Source: Bdellovibrionota bacterium (GTDB taxonomy: Bacteria; Bdellovibrionota_C; UBA2361; OMII01). From it: a DNA stretch of 40,437 nucleotides. This document shows positions 1-9,118 of this stretch, one piece after another. The stretch lies in assembly GCA_044356215.1 (NCBI GenBank), contig JBIKWQ010000029.1, positions 1 to 40,437 of the forward strand. Reading direction: 5' to 3'. Within the stretch, counting starts at the first letter, position 1. Each line of letters opens with the position of its first letter. Below the pieces are notes generated by a model that had not been told where the DNA came from, searched no databases, and worked only from the letters and a program-made list of their open reading frames with translations. Position numbers and translations under genes: made by a program.

Positions 1-274
1 TTCTTCCCAGTATTGCGTTAATCGCATGAGCCGACTCGGTTTTAAAGTGCCTAATGAATGCCTGCACATGATCTGGGTCTAAAACAGTAATCATGGAGTG
101 AAAGTGTGTGGCCTCGGCGGTCATGTGAGATATCTTAATAGGATAAAGCTTTGAGGCTGCGACGAGGCAGCTCTGTATGATAGCCGTACAAAGCGGGTTG
201 GCTTGAAAAAGGAGACCTTCCTCAACAGAGAAGGTAATAAATAGCACACTGCCTTTTTGATGGTATTTTATCAT
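1..274 (-). CDS. HUH/Y1 tyrosine transposase-like protein (RAYT/IS200 TnpA superfamily), N-terminal part, runs off the window edge
   Basis: Manual translation from ATG at 274 (GAGG upstream), open to base 1: MIKYHQKGSVLFITFSVEEGLLFQANPLCTAIIQSCLVAASKLYPIKISHMTAEATHFHSMITVLDPDHVQAFIRHFKTESAHAINAILGR. HUH motif H57-F-H59; aligns by eye with the N-terminus of 22983..23984. Not in the ORF track. Confidence 0.75.
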   Translation of the reverse strand, partial: MIKYHQKGSVLFITFSVEEGLLFQANPLCTAIIQSCLVAASKLYPIKISHMTAEATHFHSMITVLDPDHVQAFIRHFKTESAHAINAILGR

Positions 275-368
275 CAGAGAGCCTCGCTGGATCTGTATGT
301 ATTTGAAAGACGCTAATTATATCGCTCTAAGACGGGCGAGAGTTGCTCGCTGCTGGAAAGAAAGTGTG

Positions 369-470
369 ATGGGTAGGAGAAGAACTAGTAGCCCAGCTAC
401 AGGAGGTCAAATGGGGAGGAGAAGAACTAGTAGCCCGGCTACAGGAGGTCACAGAGTAGCCCGGCTACAG
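369..470 (+). repeat. 42-bp tandem repeat (369-410, 411-452) plus a third partial copy, each containing the palindrome GTAGCC-C-(A/G)GCTAC; REP-like
   Basis: Units atgggtaggagaagaactagtagcccagctacaggaggtca and atggggaggagaagaactagtagcccggctacaggaggtca. Palindromic cores at 388-400, 430-442 and 456-468. Confidence 0.85.
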
Positions 471-496
471 TGGGTCACGGGATTGGGTCACGGGAT
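471..496 (+). repeat. 13-bp perfect tandem duplication (tgggtcacgggat x2)
   Basis: Copies at 471-483 and 484-496; the second ends at the stop codon of the inositol monophosphatase-family gene. Confidence 0.9.
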
Positions 497-1362
497 TACC
501 CGGATCTCCCCACCAACTCCGAAATTACCTGATCCGGTAAAGCCAGCAGCATCTTTCTTGCCAATCCCCACGGCCTTAATTCGGTGTCAGTACTGAGTTC
601 ACCCATGCCGATGCTAGAAACGATCTCACCGGATGAGATATCTCGCAAAACCAATCCTAAGGTCGATGCTATCGCTAACGGCGCCATCAGGTCCCAAAGC
701 CGCTGAGCTCCCACTACAGAGCCTCGGTGACGGCCTAACGCCGCATTAAGAAAATCATAAATACTAGAGCCACTCGAGACCCAAGGCACAGCCGCGGCTA
801 AGCCAACACTATCCAGCCAGGCGCGATCACGAGAATTAACGGAGACCTTAGCCTCTTTTGATACCTCTCTTTTTACAGCTCTTGCGACCCCTGTTCGCAA
901 ATTCTCGAAAAACACACTTTTTCTATCACTGAAGTACAACTCACCAAATTCAGGAATAAGAATGACCCCTGCGACTGGCCAAACGCCATCTTTTACCTTG
1001 CAACACAAAGCCACTGCCATGCAATATTCGCGGCGACCATCGATAAAGTTCTTAGTTCCATCGATCGGATCAATTACAATCTGCTCTTCTGCATGAAGGA
1101 ATGGCGTATAAAGCTCTGCTGCTCCCCTGACTCCCACGTCAATCGCGCCCTCCTCCCCTAATATCGGGACACCTGGAAAACGCGCGCTAAAAGCCTCCAC
1201 TAATCGCGATTCAACTAATCGATCAACCTCTGTTACTAGCGTTCCATCTCTCTTAGTCGCGACGCCTCCCTTATCTCCTCCTGCTGAAGCGAAAAGAAGA
1301 TCAGAGAGGCTCTTTAGAGCGGGGAGCGCGCAGGATATAAAATCACTCGGCGAGATCGTCAT
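496..1362 (-). CDS. Inositol monophosphatase family protein (SuhB/CysQ-like)
   Basis: K-x-D-x-T-L-V-T-E-V-D, GEE, IDPIDGTKNF and WD metal-binding motifs. Confidence 0.85.
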   Translation of the reverse strand: MTISPSDFISCALPALKSLSDLLFASAGGDKGGVATKRDGTLVTEVDRLVESRLVEAFSARFPGVPILGEEGAIDVGVRGAAELYTPFLHAEEQIVIDPIDGTKNFIDGRREYCMAVALCCKVKDGVWPVAGVILIPEFGELYFSDRKSVFFENLRTGVARAVKREVSKEAKVSVNSRDRAWLDSVGLAAAVPWVSSGSSIYDFLNAALGRHRGSVVGAQRLWDLMAPLAIASTLGLVLRDISSGEIVSSIGMGELSTDTELRPWGLARKMLLALPDQVISELVGRSG

Positions 1363-1376
1363 TTAGTATCTTCTGC

Positions 1377-1967
1377 CTAGTTTATCCTGCCCCTCGAGAG
1401 CTGCGATATGAAGTCCTCATCCTTTACAGCAGCTTCAATCGCGCTGGACATCGCCTGAGTAAGAAGCTTCTGAACCTCAGAACTACCCAACATAGGATGC
1501 GAGGTAGTGGATTCGCCGGAGAAGGTAGCGTGGTAAATCGGGTGCCCTTTACTGTCACGAACTGTAACTTTTAACCTCGCCACAGCTTGTCCTTCAGAGG
1601 TCGGGAATCCTGGCTGTACAGTAGCACTCCAATCAGCGACCTTTCCCTCTATAGTCGGAGCATTCAGCACAGCTATACGCGCACCAACCCGTCTCAGATT
1701 TCTCTCAAAACCTTCCTCTACTACCCGCCCAAGGTCCCCCTCTGAATCAACTCTGCGACCATCGATCACAACCACTGTCTGGTCTGGCCTAGCATCAACG
1801 AATTTCCCAACACGCACCTTTACGCCAGAAGTTGTATCCATTGATTCAACAGAGAACTCTGGTTCTGGCAAGCTAGGAACGGTAAGGTTAAGCCCGATCT
1901 CTGGAGCACAACCGGATAATAGTAAAGAAAAGCAGGTCGACAAAAAAGCAGTTATATCTCTCTTCAT
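1377..1967 (-). CDS. Putative lipoprotein, YajG-like
   Basis: Start placed at MKRDIT; lipobox LLSG-C; F-x-D-x-R segment and beta-rich body typical of YajG-like lipoproteins. Confidence 0.6.
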   Translation of the reverse strand: MKRDITAFLSTCFSLLLSGCAPEIGLNLTVPSLPEPEFSVESMDTTSGVKVRVGKFVDARPDQTVVVIDGRRVDSEGDLGRVVEEGFERNLRRVGARIAVLNAPTIEGKVADWSATVQPGFPTSEGQAVARLKVTVRDSKGHPIYHATFSGESTTSHPMLGSSEVQKLLTQAMSSAIEAAVKDEDFISQLSRGRIN

Positions 1968-2006
1968 ATTAGCGATTCTGTAGGGTCCTGACACTTTTCG
2001 CAACCC

Positions 2007-3176
2007 TCACTTACGGCCCCCTCTTATAAGACTTAATTCCCTTTGTATCAGCGGGTCGCTATCCTTGGACACGCGGTCTATGAGCAAGTTAGCCCGCCAT
2101 ATGTAACCATCTCGCTCCCTCTCTGAGATAGCCAAGTAACTCCAGAGCGCATGACTCCTCACTACCACTGAAGGATCATGTAGGGCGGCTTCCTCCAGCG
2201 CGTCCAGAGCTTCCGCGTAGTGCCTGTTGGCGGTAACTACGGTAGCGTTCCTGACTAAGCCCTCTCGCTTAGTCCGCATAATAGGTGTTCCGGCGAATCG
2301 CTCGAGAAACTTAGAGTCATCTCTCATCTTGATTAACTCGATCAAATCTAGACTCTGACCAACTCCAGATTCAGCTCTAAGCTCTGGTATGTCGGCCCGT
2401 AATGAGCGTTTCCTCGATATGACATTAAAGGGGCACACGTCTTGACAAATATCACACCCAAAGATCCAATCTCCAAGCCATTCTCGCTCCTCGTGTGTAA
2501 GCGCGCCGCGCTTCTCTATCGTTAGATATGATATGCACTTTCGTGCATCTAAAATCTTCTCACCCACGAACGCCTGTGTAGGGCATCCATCAAGGCAATT
2601 CGTGCAGGGGCCACAATTAGCTTTCACAACCGCGTTAGGAAGATCCGACACTTCAAGATCCCAGAGGATCTCCCCCAAAAAAAGAAAGCTTCCGGCGCGA
2701 GGAGATATGAACATAGTGTTCTTGCCGATAAAACCGGCGAGCGCTTGGCGCGCTAGCGCCCTCTCTAGAAGCGGCACCGAATCAGAGAAGAATCGCGCAG
2801 TGACTGAGCCGCTAACCGAGTTCCTAACTACCTCAAGCAGCTTTTTGAGCTTAGCACGAAGAACCTTGTGATAGTCCTTGCCCCATGCATACCTCGCTAT
2901 TTTACCGTGACCTTTTGGTAGTGGTAGCCTCGGCTGCCGGTCGTAGTACGCTCCAATAACTACTACACTTTTTGCTTCAGGCAAGAGCCGCCGAGGGCTA
3001 GAGAGAAGCTCCGGGTCACGTAGCATAAATGCCATATCCCCAGCGCAGCCAGTCTCCTGCCAAGCACGCAATCGCTGGCGATCTTCAAGTAGGCTATCAG
3101 CCGCCGCAACCCCTACTACAGATAAACCGATTCCTTGAGCGATCTCCTGAAGCCTTTGGTAGCTTATCTTTGACAT
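2007..3176 (-). CDS. queG: tRNA epoxyqueuosine(34) reductase QueG
   Basis: ARYAWGKDYH, LLER..A...GFIGKN, CxxCxxCxxxCP, CISYLTIE and FGCDICQDVCP motifs; start placed at MSKIS. Confidence 0.95.
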   Translation of the reverse strand: MSKISYQRLQEIAQGIGLSVVGVAAADSLLEDRQRLRAWQETGCAGDMAFMLRDPELLSSPRRLLPEAKSVVVIGAYYDRQPRLPLPKGHGKIARYAWGKDYHKVLRAKLKKLLEVVRNSVSGSVTARFFSDSVPLLERALARQALAGFIGKNTMFISPRAGSFLFLGEILWDLEVSDLPNAVVKANCGPCTNCLDGCPTQAFVGEKILDARKCISYLTIEKRGALTHEEREWLGDWIFGCDICQDVCPFNVISRKRSLRADIPELRAESGVGQSLDLIELIKMRDDSKFLERFAGTPIMRTKREGLVRNATVVTANRHYAEALDALEEAALHDPSVVVRSHALWSYLAISERERDGYIWRANLLIDRVSKDSDPLIQRELSLIRGGRK

Positions 3177-3281
3177 ACCCTCACAGTTATAAAGCAATAT
3201 CGCCTTTAATAGTATGAATACCGCTTTAAGACTATCGACTTAAGACAATAACTTCGTTAAACTGATGCTTGTTTGACTTGA

Positions 3282-3356
3282 GTCCCTATCGTCTAGCCTG
3301 GCCTAGGACGTGACCCTTTCACGGTCAAGACACGGGTTCGAATCCCGTTGGGGACA
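3282..3356 (+). tRNA. tRNA-Glu (anticodon TTC), CCA not encoded
   Basis: Acceptor stem GTCCCTA/TGGGGAC, anticodon arm TGACC-CTTTCAC-GGTCA, T-arm ACGGG-TTCGAAT-CCCGT. Confidence 0.95.
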
Positions 3357-3470
3357 ATCAGTTCTTACTAGCGGCTTGTGGCGGAGTGCTCTCTAATTAA
3401 ACGGGGCGCGCAAGGTCCGCTTTTCAGGACAGCAGGTCGCTTCCTTTCGCCAGCCAAGCAAAATCTTAAT

Positions 3471-4499
3471 ATGAATCCGCCCAGCCTTCCAGGAACCCGC
3501 AGTAGCACCCCATCAGAGCGATTCAGCGAGGCCATGAAACTCGTCCCCGAGTTATCAAGTGTAGAAGAGATTATCCAAGCCTCATTCAAATCTGACGTAA
3601 CTCCGATGCGAGAGATTCCAAACTATCTTCTCTCGCTGGGAGGAAAGCGGATTAGACCGGTACTTACTCTGCTTTGCGCGAAGGCTCTTGGCGCCAAGGA
3701 TATATCCAGAAAGCTTTTGGATGTGTCAGCCGGAATTGAGCTAATCCACATGGCGACTCTGATGCACGATGACATCATCGATCAGTCACCTATACGTCGA
3801 CATAAGCAGTCACCATACTCTAAATTCGGAACTCCATTAACGCTTCTTTCGGGTGATTTTTTACTCACCAGGGCTTTTGGTCTCTGCGCCCGTCTAGATG
3901 AAGTAGCGATAGCAGCTACCGAACAAGCGTGCATCGAATTGGTTGAGGGAGAGGCTCTAGAAACTCCACTCCATACCGAGCTTCACTCGCTAGAAACAAG
4001 TCTTACGATAGCCAGACGCAAAACGGCCTCGTTGTTCAGATTAGCGGCCTTCTGCGCTGCTCATTTAACAGGAACCTCGGATCTGACGGCGAGCAAATTC
4101 TCTGATTTTGGAGAAAATCTCGGAATCGCGTTTCAGATTATCGACGATGTGCTCGACGTCACATCGACAGAGGCAGTACTTGGGAAACAGCCAGGATTAG
4201 ATATCATTGAGAGAAAACCATCGATAGTTAACGTCCTCTGGCTCGCCTCTGGTGAGCCAGAAGCAAAGAGGCTGTTAGAGGCCCCCGTAGCTGGAGGGGA
4301 AGGCTCTTACGCCGCTAGCTCACTTGAAAGATTGGCCTCAAGCCCTCATATCGCTGCCGCTAAGGAGCTCGCGAGAAGTTATGGTGACAAGGCTAGAGAG
4401 GCTCTCAATCAAGGCCTGAATGACCAAAAGACCCGCTCCGAAGAGTGCGCAGAGGCCCTATACTCCGTCATTGATTTCGCCCTGGAGAGGCTCAAATAG
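3471..4499 (+). CDS. Long-chain polyprenyl diphosphate synthase (IspB-like)
   Basis: GGKRIRP, HDDIID (FARM), KTASLF and FQIIDDVLD (SARM) motifs. Start uncertain within 3378-3534. Confidence 0.9.
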   Translation: MNPPSLPGTRSSTPSERFSEAMKLVPELSSVEEIIQASFKSDVTPMREIPNYLLSLGGKRIRPVLTLLCAKALGAKDISRKLLDVSAGIELIHMATLMHDDIIDQSPIRRHKQSPYSKFGTPLTLLSGDFLLTRAFGLCARLDEVAIAATEQACIELVEGEALETPLHTELHSLETSLTIARRKTASLFRLAAFCAAHLTGTSDLTASKFSDFGENLGIAFQIIDDVLDVTSTEAVLGKQPGLDIIERKPSIVNVLWLASGEPEAKRLLEAPVAGGEGSYAASSLERLASSPHIAAAKELARSYGDKAREALNQGLNDQKTRSEECAEALYSVIDFALERLK

Positions 4500-4724
4500 G
4501 AGCCTTGAGAGAATGAATTCAGACCATTCCCGACTATAACGAACACCCGTACTAAAAAATCTCAAAAAATCTGAGTTTTTTTCGTGTTTGCACGATTCAT
4601 TTCGGGAAGAATTCGCATAACCCTCTTTAGATTAGACGACGGGAGCGCATCCCGTTGACTGGTTTTCGCTTTCAGTGCGCTGAAAAGTGAACGTGTAAAC
4701 GCGAGTTAGCTTCTAGGAGGAAAC

Positions 4725-5039
4725 GTGGCTAGTGATTTCTCGGATTCTGGTGTGGGCAATTCGGATAACTTACCTGAAATGGATCTGTCGTATCTCGGCG
4801 GGAACGGATACACAGCCGTTAGCGAGTTAATGAGGGCGATGATCCTTCGAACGATTGAGGATCTTCAATCCGGCTCCGAGCTTCGAGAGGAGGCACTGGA
4901 GTACCTCATGAGTGACGATGACGAGTACATCCTCTCATTCATCTCGATCTGCCGCCACTTCGGATTTGATCCCGTGAAAACGCGCGACGCCATCATAAAC
5001 GCCAAGTCGAGAATTCGCACCAGGCGCAGGGCCGCGTAG
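4725..5039 (+). CDS. Small helical protein of unknown function
   Basis: AGGAGG RBS before GTG, its own terminator, acidic core, SFISICRHFGFDP motif and basic tail. Confidence 0.75.
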   Translation: MASDFSDSGVGNSDNLPEMDLSYLGGNGYTAVSELMRAMILRTIEDLQSGSELREEALEYLMSDDDEYILSFISICRHFGFDPVKTRDAIINAKSRIRTRRRAA

Positions 5040-5049
5040 ATCTAGTTCT

Positions 5050-5080
5050 AGAGCGGGGCTACGGGAGGCCCCGCTTTTTT
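5050..5080 (+). terminator. Rho-independent terminator
   Basis: agagcggggct / ggccccgcttt stem followed by a T-run, just after the stop at 5039. Confidence 0.8.
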
Positions 5081-5082
5081 CC

Positions 5083-5844
5083 TCACGGCACGATAAACGT
5101 CACATTTCTCCCAGCCTTAGCTCCATCGCGACGATACGAATGGAATCTTGTATCTCTGATAGTGCAGACTTCAGAAATAGATATTTCTAGTGATGGGACT
5201 GCGCGCGCAAGCTGCCTGGCGGCAGTAGCGCCAATATCAAGAAGATATTTCCCAGGTGAACCAGCGACCTCGGAATAAACCGCATCACGGCCCTTCAATG
5301 ACTCAATAACATCCTCTCCTACCTCATAAGCATGCGCACCGGCACAGGCGAACACCAGCGCCTCCTTAGGACCGCTCATCTCACTTATAGTCTTTGAGAT
5401 AATTCCGTTCGCCAAACCTCGCCATCCAGCATGAACCAATAGATACCCTCCATCTCCAGCAACTATCACAGGCACACAATCAGCCGTCATAACTCCATAT
5501 GCCATGATATCAGATTCAAGAACCTGACTTATCGGAGCTAATAGCGCATCACCAGAGATTCTACGTAAAAGATCCCCGTCTCTTTGCAAGGCCTCTGTTA
5601 GATAATCACGCGAACTTAAGTTAACTAGGTCCGCACCGTGACACTGAAGTGGCATAGCTAACTTTGTCGCGCCCACAGCTAAACAGAGATCATTTACGGA
5701 TCCGCCGAGTGATGAAGTGCCGAATGGGAGAGCCCTTGTCGTCATCCCATGGACTATCCCCTTCGACCACCAGGGAGCATACACCAGAAGCTCCACCCCG
5801 TTATGCTTGACCAGCTCGAAAGTGGTGTTCACGCTAATTATCAC
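5083..5844 (-). CDS. pgeF: YfiH/PgeF family purine nucleoside phosphorylase / peptidoglycan editing factor
   Basis: QCHG, TADCVP, HAGWRG and FHSYRRDG motifs; canonical position after rluD. Confidence 0.85.
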   Translation of the reverse strand: MIISVNTTFELVKHNGVELLVYAPWWSKGIVHGMTTRALPFGTSSLGGSVNDLCLAVGATKLAMPLQCHGADLVNLSSRDYLTEALQRDGDLLRRISGDALLAPISQVLESDIMAYGVMTADCVPVIVAGDGGYLLVHAGWRGLANGIISKTISEMSGPKEALVFACAGAHAYEVGEDVIESLKGRDAVYSEVAGSPGKYLLDIGATAARQLARAVPSLEISISEVCTIRDTRFHSYRRDGAKAGRNVTFIVP

Positions 5845-6802
5845 CTCGACGGAAACAATCTAGCAGTGCCCTGAAGTCAGCAGGTAATGGAGACTCAAAG
5901 CTAAGTCTTTCACCGCTCACAGGATGTGTAAAAGCCAGGGTGCTGGCATGTAATGCCTGACGCCTAAACTTATCAGCGGCCTCGCCTAATTCGCGCGGAA
6001 GATTCGAAAAATCTCCATATACCGGATCTCCAATAACTGGGCTGCCTATCGAGTTCATATGCACACGAATCTGGTGAGTTCTTCCTGTTTGCAATTTGCA
6101 ACTTACTAGTGTGCCGTATGCGAAACGCTCCAAAACTCGCCACTCAGTGACCGCGGATTTCCCGTGCTCATTGATCGCCATTAACTTCCGTTGCGTTGGA
6201 TGTCTACCGATCGGCGCGTTTACTAGCCCCGCATCATCGATCTGCACTGCGCGCTTAGCGCGCGGCGTTGTAAATACAAGCGCCGTATAATCCCGATCCG
6301 TTGTCCTCTCGGCGAACTGCCGTGCCAAATGCGCGTGAGTGGGGGTGGATTTAGCAACCACCACAACACCGGTCGTGTCTTTATCCAGGCGATGTACTAT
6401 TCCCGGCCTATCTACCTCTCCTACTTTGGTCTGCGCAGCGCCTACATGGCTCACAACCGCATTGGCTAAAGTCTCGTCGCGGTTTCCAGCACCCGGGTGC
6501 ATAGACAATCCTGCCGGTTTATCGATCACCAAAAGCTGATCATCCTCAAAAAGAATAGAGAGCTTAAACTGGTAGGGCTCTAAGTGACTTGGTCTAGCCA
6601 GAGGCACCTCAACATCCACAACATCGCCCTCTTCAACCTTGAACGACGGCTTCATCATAACCTTCCCGTTGACAGAAACAGACCCCGCCTCTATTAAGCG
6701 CTCAACCTGCGACCTGCTAATTTCACCAGGATTCGACAGCTCTCTCTGCAAGAAGCGGTCTAGCCTTACAGCTTCCCCTTTAACCTCAAATCGATTCAAC
6801 AT
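5834..6802 (-). CDS. rluD: 23S rRNA pseudouridine synthase RluD
   Basis: N-terminal S4-like domain, KPAGL, GIVHRLDKDTTG, TGRTHQIRVH and QALHA motifs. Confidence 0.92.
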   Translation of the reverse strand: MLNRFEVKGEAVRLDRFLQRELSNPGEISRSQVERLIEAGSVSVNGKVMMKPSFKVEEGDVVDVEVPLARPSHLEPYQFKLSILFEDDQLLVIDKPAGLSMHPGAGNRDETLANAVVSHVGAAQTKVGEVDRPGIVHRLDKDTTGVVVVAKSTPTHAHLARQFAERTTDRDYTALVFTTPRAKRAVQIDDAGLVNAPIGRHPTQRKLMAINEHGKSAVTEWRVLERFAYGTLVSCKLQTGRTHQIRVHMNSIGSPVIGDPVYGDFSNLPRELGEAADKFRRQALHASTLAFTHPVSGERLSFESPLPADFRALLDCFRRGDN

Positions 6803-7742
6803 CTCTCAAGAGCCCCCTCGCCGCTTCGATATCTCTTTTTATCTGAGATGATAGCTCACTCACCGAATTGAACCGGCACTCATCCCTAAGGCGCTCTCTA
6901 AACGATACGTGAATCCGCTTCCCGTAAAGACTGCTGGAAGGAAAATCGAGTATATGCGCCTCTAGTCGCTTATCCTTGCCTCTGAAGGTAGGCCTGGTGC
7001 CGATATTAACCACCGCCTTAAATGATTTGCCCTCTACACTCACAACACACGCGTAAACGCCGTTCATCGGAATCAGTCGATTTCCAACAGCTAAGTTAGC
7101 TGTTGGAAATCCAATAGCACTCCCGCGCTTATCACCGTGCCCGACCCGGGCGGAGATCGTAAAGGGCGCTCCTATTAACTCTGTCGCTAGTTTAACCTCT
7201 CCTTGCTCAATTAGCTCACGAATTTTACGCGAGCCGGCCTTTACTCCATCGATCTCCAACCTAGGAACCTGATGCAACGTAATGCCGTAATGTGGAAGGT
7301 GTTGCCTAAGAAAACCGAGATCCCCCTCCCTACTTCGACCAATACCAACATCGTCGCCAACAACCAGATCGCTAGCCCCAAGACTACTAACCAAAACCCG
7401 CTCTATGAAATCAAGCGCACCGAGCTTCGAAATCGCTGAGCTGAAATGAATGAAGTAAACGAGATCAACTCCGAGGGCACCGAAGCGCTCAGCCTTCTCT
7501 CGAACACTACTTATGTAACGCAACTGAGCATCAGGTCGCAGCACCCGAATCGGATGCGGATAAAACGTCACAACTACAGACGGCCTACCGCCGGCTACCT
7601 GGTTAAGGTGCTGAAGAACCCGCTCGTGCCCCCTGTGGACTCCATCAAAATTTCCGATGGTAACAGCGCCGCCACGCAAGTTATCAGGCACCCGTTGCGG
7701 AAACCGCATTAGAGGAGCGCGCGTTATTTTTTCCATAGACAT
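6786..7742 (-). CDS. ribF: Bifunctional riboflavin kinase/FAD synthetase
   Basis: IGNFDGVHRGH, GFPTAN, NIGTRPTF and EAHILDF motifs. Confidence 0.95.
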   Translation of the reverse strand: MSMEKITRAPLMRFPQRVPDNLRGGAVTIGNFDGVHRGHERVLQHLNQVAGGRPSVVVTFYPHPIRVLRPDAQLRYISSVREKAERFGALGVDLVYFIHFSSAISKLGALDFIERVLVSSLGASDLVVGDDVGIGRSREGDLGFLRQHLPHYGITLHQVPRLEIDGVKAGSRKIRELIEQGEVKLATELIGAPFTISARVGHGDKRGSAIGFPTANLAVGNRLIPMNGVYACVVSVEGKSFKAVVNIGTRPTFRGKDKRLEAHILDFPSSSLYGKRIHVSFRERLRDECRFNSVSELSSQIKRDIEAARGLLRDVESI

Positions 7743-7790
7743 TCTAGCTGCCCTCTATACAACTCCAGCATCTAGGGAAAACACTATCGA

Positions 7791-8498
7791 TCACTTAAGC
7801 TGCTTAAGCCTATCTCTTGCTTCTACCACCTCAGGTGATTTGGGGTAGTCGTCGATTAACTTGCGAAGACTTAACTGAGCTGTTTTCTTGTCTCCTAGAC
7901 GAACAAAGACCTCTGATTGTCTGAGCAAACTGGCCGGAGCTCGGTGACTTTTTGGATACTGCGAGATACTCTCCGCGTACGCCCGAAGAGCTCCCTTATT
8001 GTCGAGCAACCCATCGTGGGCTACACCGAGCCAAAAAAGAACTGGGCCAGCTTTATCCGACCCCTGCGTCTGTTCGGAAGCGTTCTCTAGGAGGGAAACA
8101 GAATCAGCGAACTTCCCCTCCCGAATCATCCCTAGCGCGTCCAAAAATAGTCGCTGGCTCTCGTCTGGCAGACCCTTCGCCCACGATTCATCCGATTCAA
8201 GCTCCGCGGTTGGAACTCCAGGAGGCGGCGGAATTCGCTTTCTCAACGCTGACAGGTCATCCTTAAGAGCTGTCAAATCCGTCCCAAGCCTCTTATTCTG
8301 TGAAAATTCAAGCTCCTCCAATCGTCCAGCGACGAGCTTAAGCTGACTATCCAAAGAATTAAGCGACTCCGTTTGCTCAGCTTGCAGAGCTCTGAGATCA
8401 GAAACACTACGCTCAAGGCGAGAAACTTTTTTACCCAGGTCGTAAGCGGCACACCCCGAAAAAAGAAAAACTAAACTTAATATACTGAGAAATCTCAT
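7791..8498 (-). CDS. cpoB: Tol-Pal associated coiled-coil/TPR protein CpoB (YbgF)
   Basis: Lipobox FSG-C, coiled coil, TPR repeats ending LIDDYPKS; lies downstream of pal. Confidence 0.8.
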   Translation of the reverse strand: MRFLSILSLVFLFSGCAAYDLGKKVSRLERSVSDLRALQAEQTESLNSLDSQLKLVAGRLEELEFSQNKRLGTDLTALKDDLSALRKRIPPPPGVPTAELESDESWAKGLPDESQRLFLDALGMIREGKFADSVSLLENASEQTQGSDKAGPVLFWLGVAHDGLLDNKGALRAYAESISQYPKSHRAPASLLRQSEVFVRLGDKKTAQLSLRKLIDDYPKSPEVVEARDRLKQLK

Positions 8499-8552
8499 AG
8501 CACTATTTTCTTAATAGGTTCGCGAAGACATAAAATCGCGACCAATAAATAC

Positions 8553-8590
8553 AAAAAACCCTAGGGATGGAGTAACCAACCCTAGGGCTT
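8553..8590 (-). terminator. Rho-independent terminator after pal
   Basis: Minus strand reads ccctagggttgg...ccatccctaggg followed by tttttt. Confidence 0.75.
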
Positions 8591-8632
8591 CTTTTAAATC
8601 CGCGGCCGTTTAACCGCAAGACTTTAACTTAA

Positions 8633-9073
8633 CTAATTAACCTTGAAGTGGTCGCGACGGTTCTTCGCCCAAGCCTCTTCATTGTGAGCTGGATCTACAG
8701 GAAGCTCCTCACCGTAACTTACAGTGCTGATTGAGCTAGCTGGGATTCCAAGAGTACGGAAGTGGTCAGCAGCCGCACGAGCGCGGTTAGCTCCGAGAAC
8801 CATATTGTACTCATTAGTTCCACGCTCATCACAGTGACCCTCTACCTGAACGGTTGATCCCTCATGAGCCTTAAGCCACTCAGCGTTAGCGGCCATCGTA
8901 GCCTTAGCTGTAGCATCAAGCTTGTAAGAATCGAACGCGAAGTAGATGTCCTTTAGTGGACCGTCAGATGTAGCCGCTCCGATGTTACCATCAGTTGTAG
9001 CGGTCCTGCACGAACATCCGGTTGAAACAACCGCAATTACGCATACAGCAAAAACTTTCAAACTCCGAATCAT
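8633..9073 (-). CDS. pal: Peptidoglycan-associated lipoprotein Pal
   Basis: Lipobox STG-C; IYFAFD, EGHCDERG, YNMVLG, SYGEE and KNRR OmpA-like motifs. Confidence 0.95.
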   Translation of the reverse strand: MIRSLKVFAVCVIAVVSTGCSCRTATTDGNIGAATSDGPLKDIYFAFDSYKLDATAKATMAANAEWLKAHEGSTVQVEGHCDERGTNEYNMVLGANRARAAADHFRTLGIPASSISTVSYGEELPVDPAHNEEAWAKNRRDHFKVN

Positions 9074-9118
9074 CGTTCCCTTCCTCCCGAAATGGATTTA
9101 TATCAAATTGCTTAAATC

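Noticed and set aside
369..496. Possible CRISPR array
   Set aside because: Units are head-to-tail with no unique spacers, only two full copies, and no cas genes are in the window.
297..596. 99-aa ORF containing MGRRRTSSPATGG twice
   Set aside because: It is a translation of the DNA repeat and overlaps the opposite-strand phosphatase gene; no other protein-like features.
3282..3356. tRNA-Glu as an integration site
   Set aside because: No integrase nearby and I saw no duplicated tRNA 3' end; the flanks are housekeeping genes.
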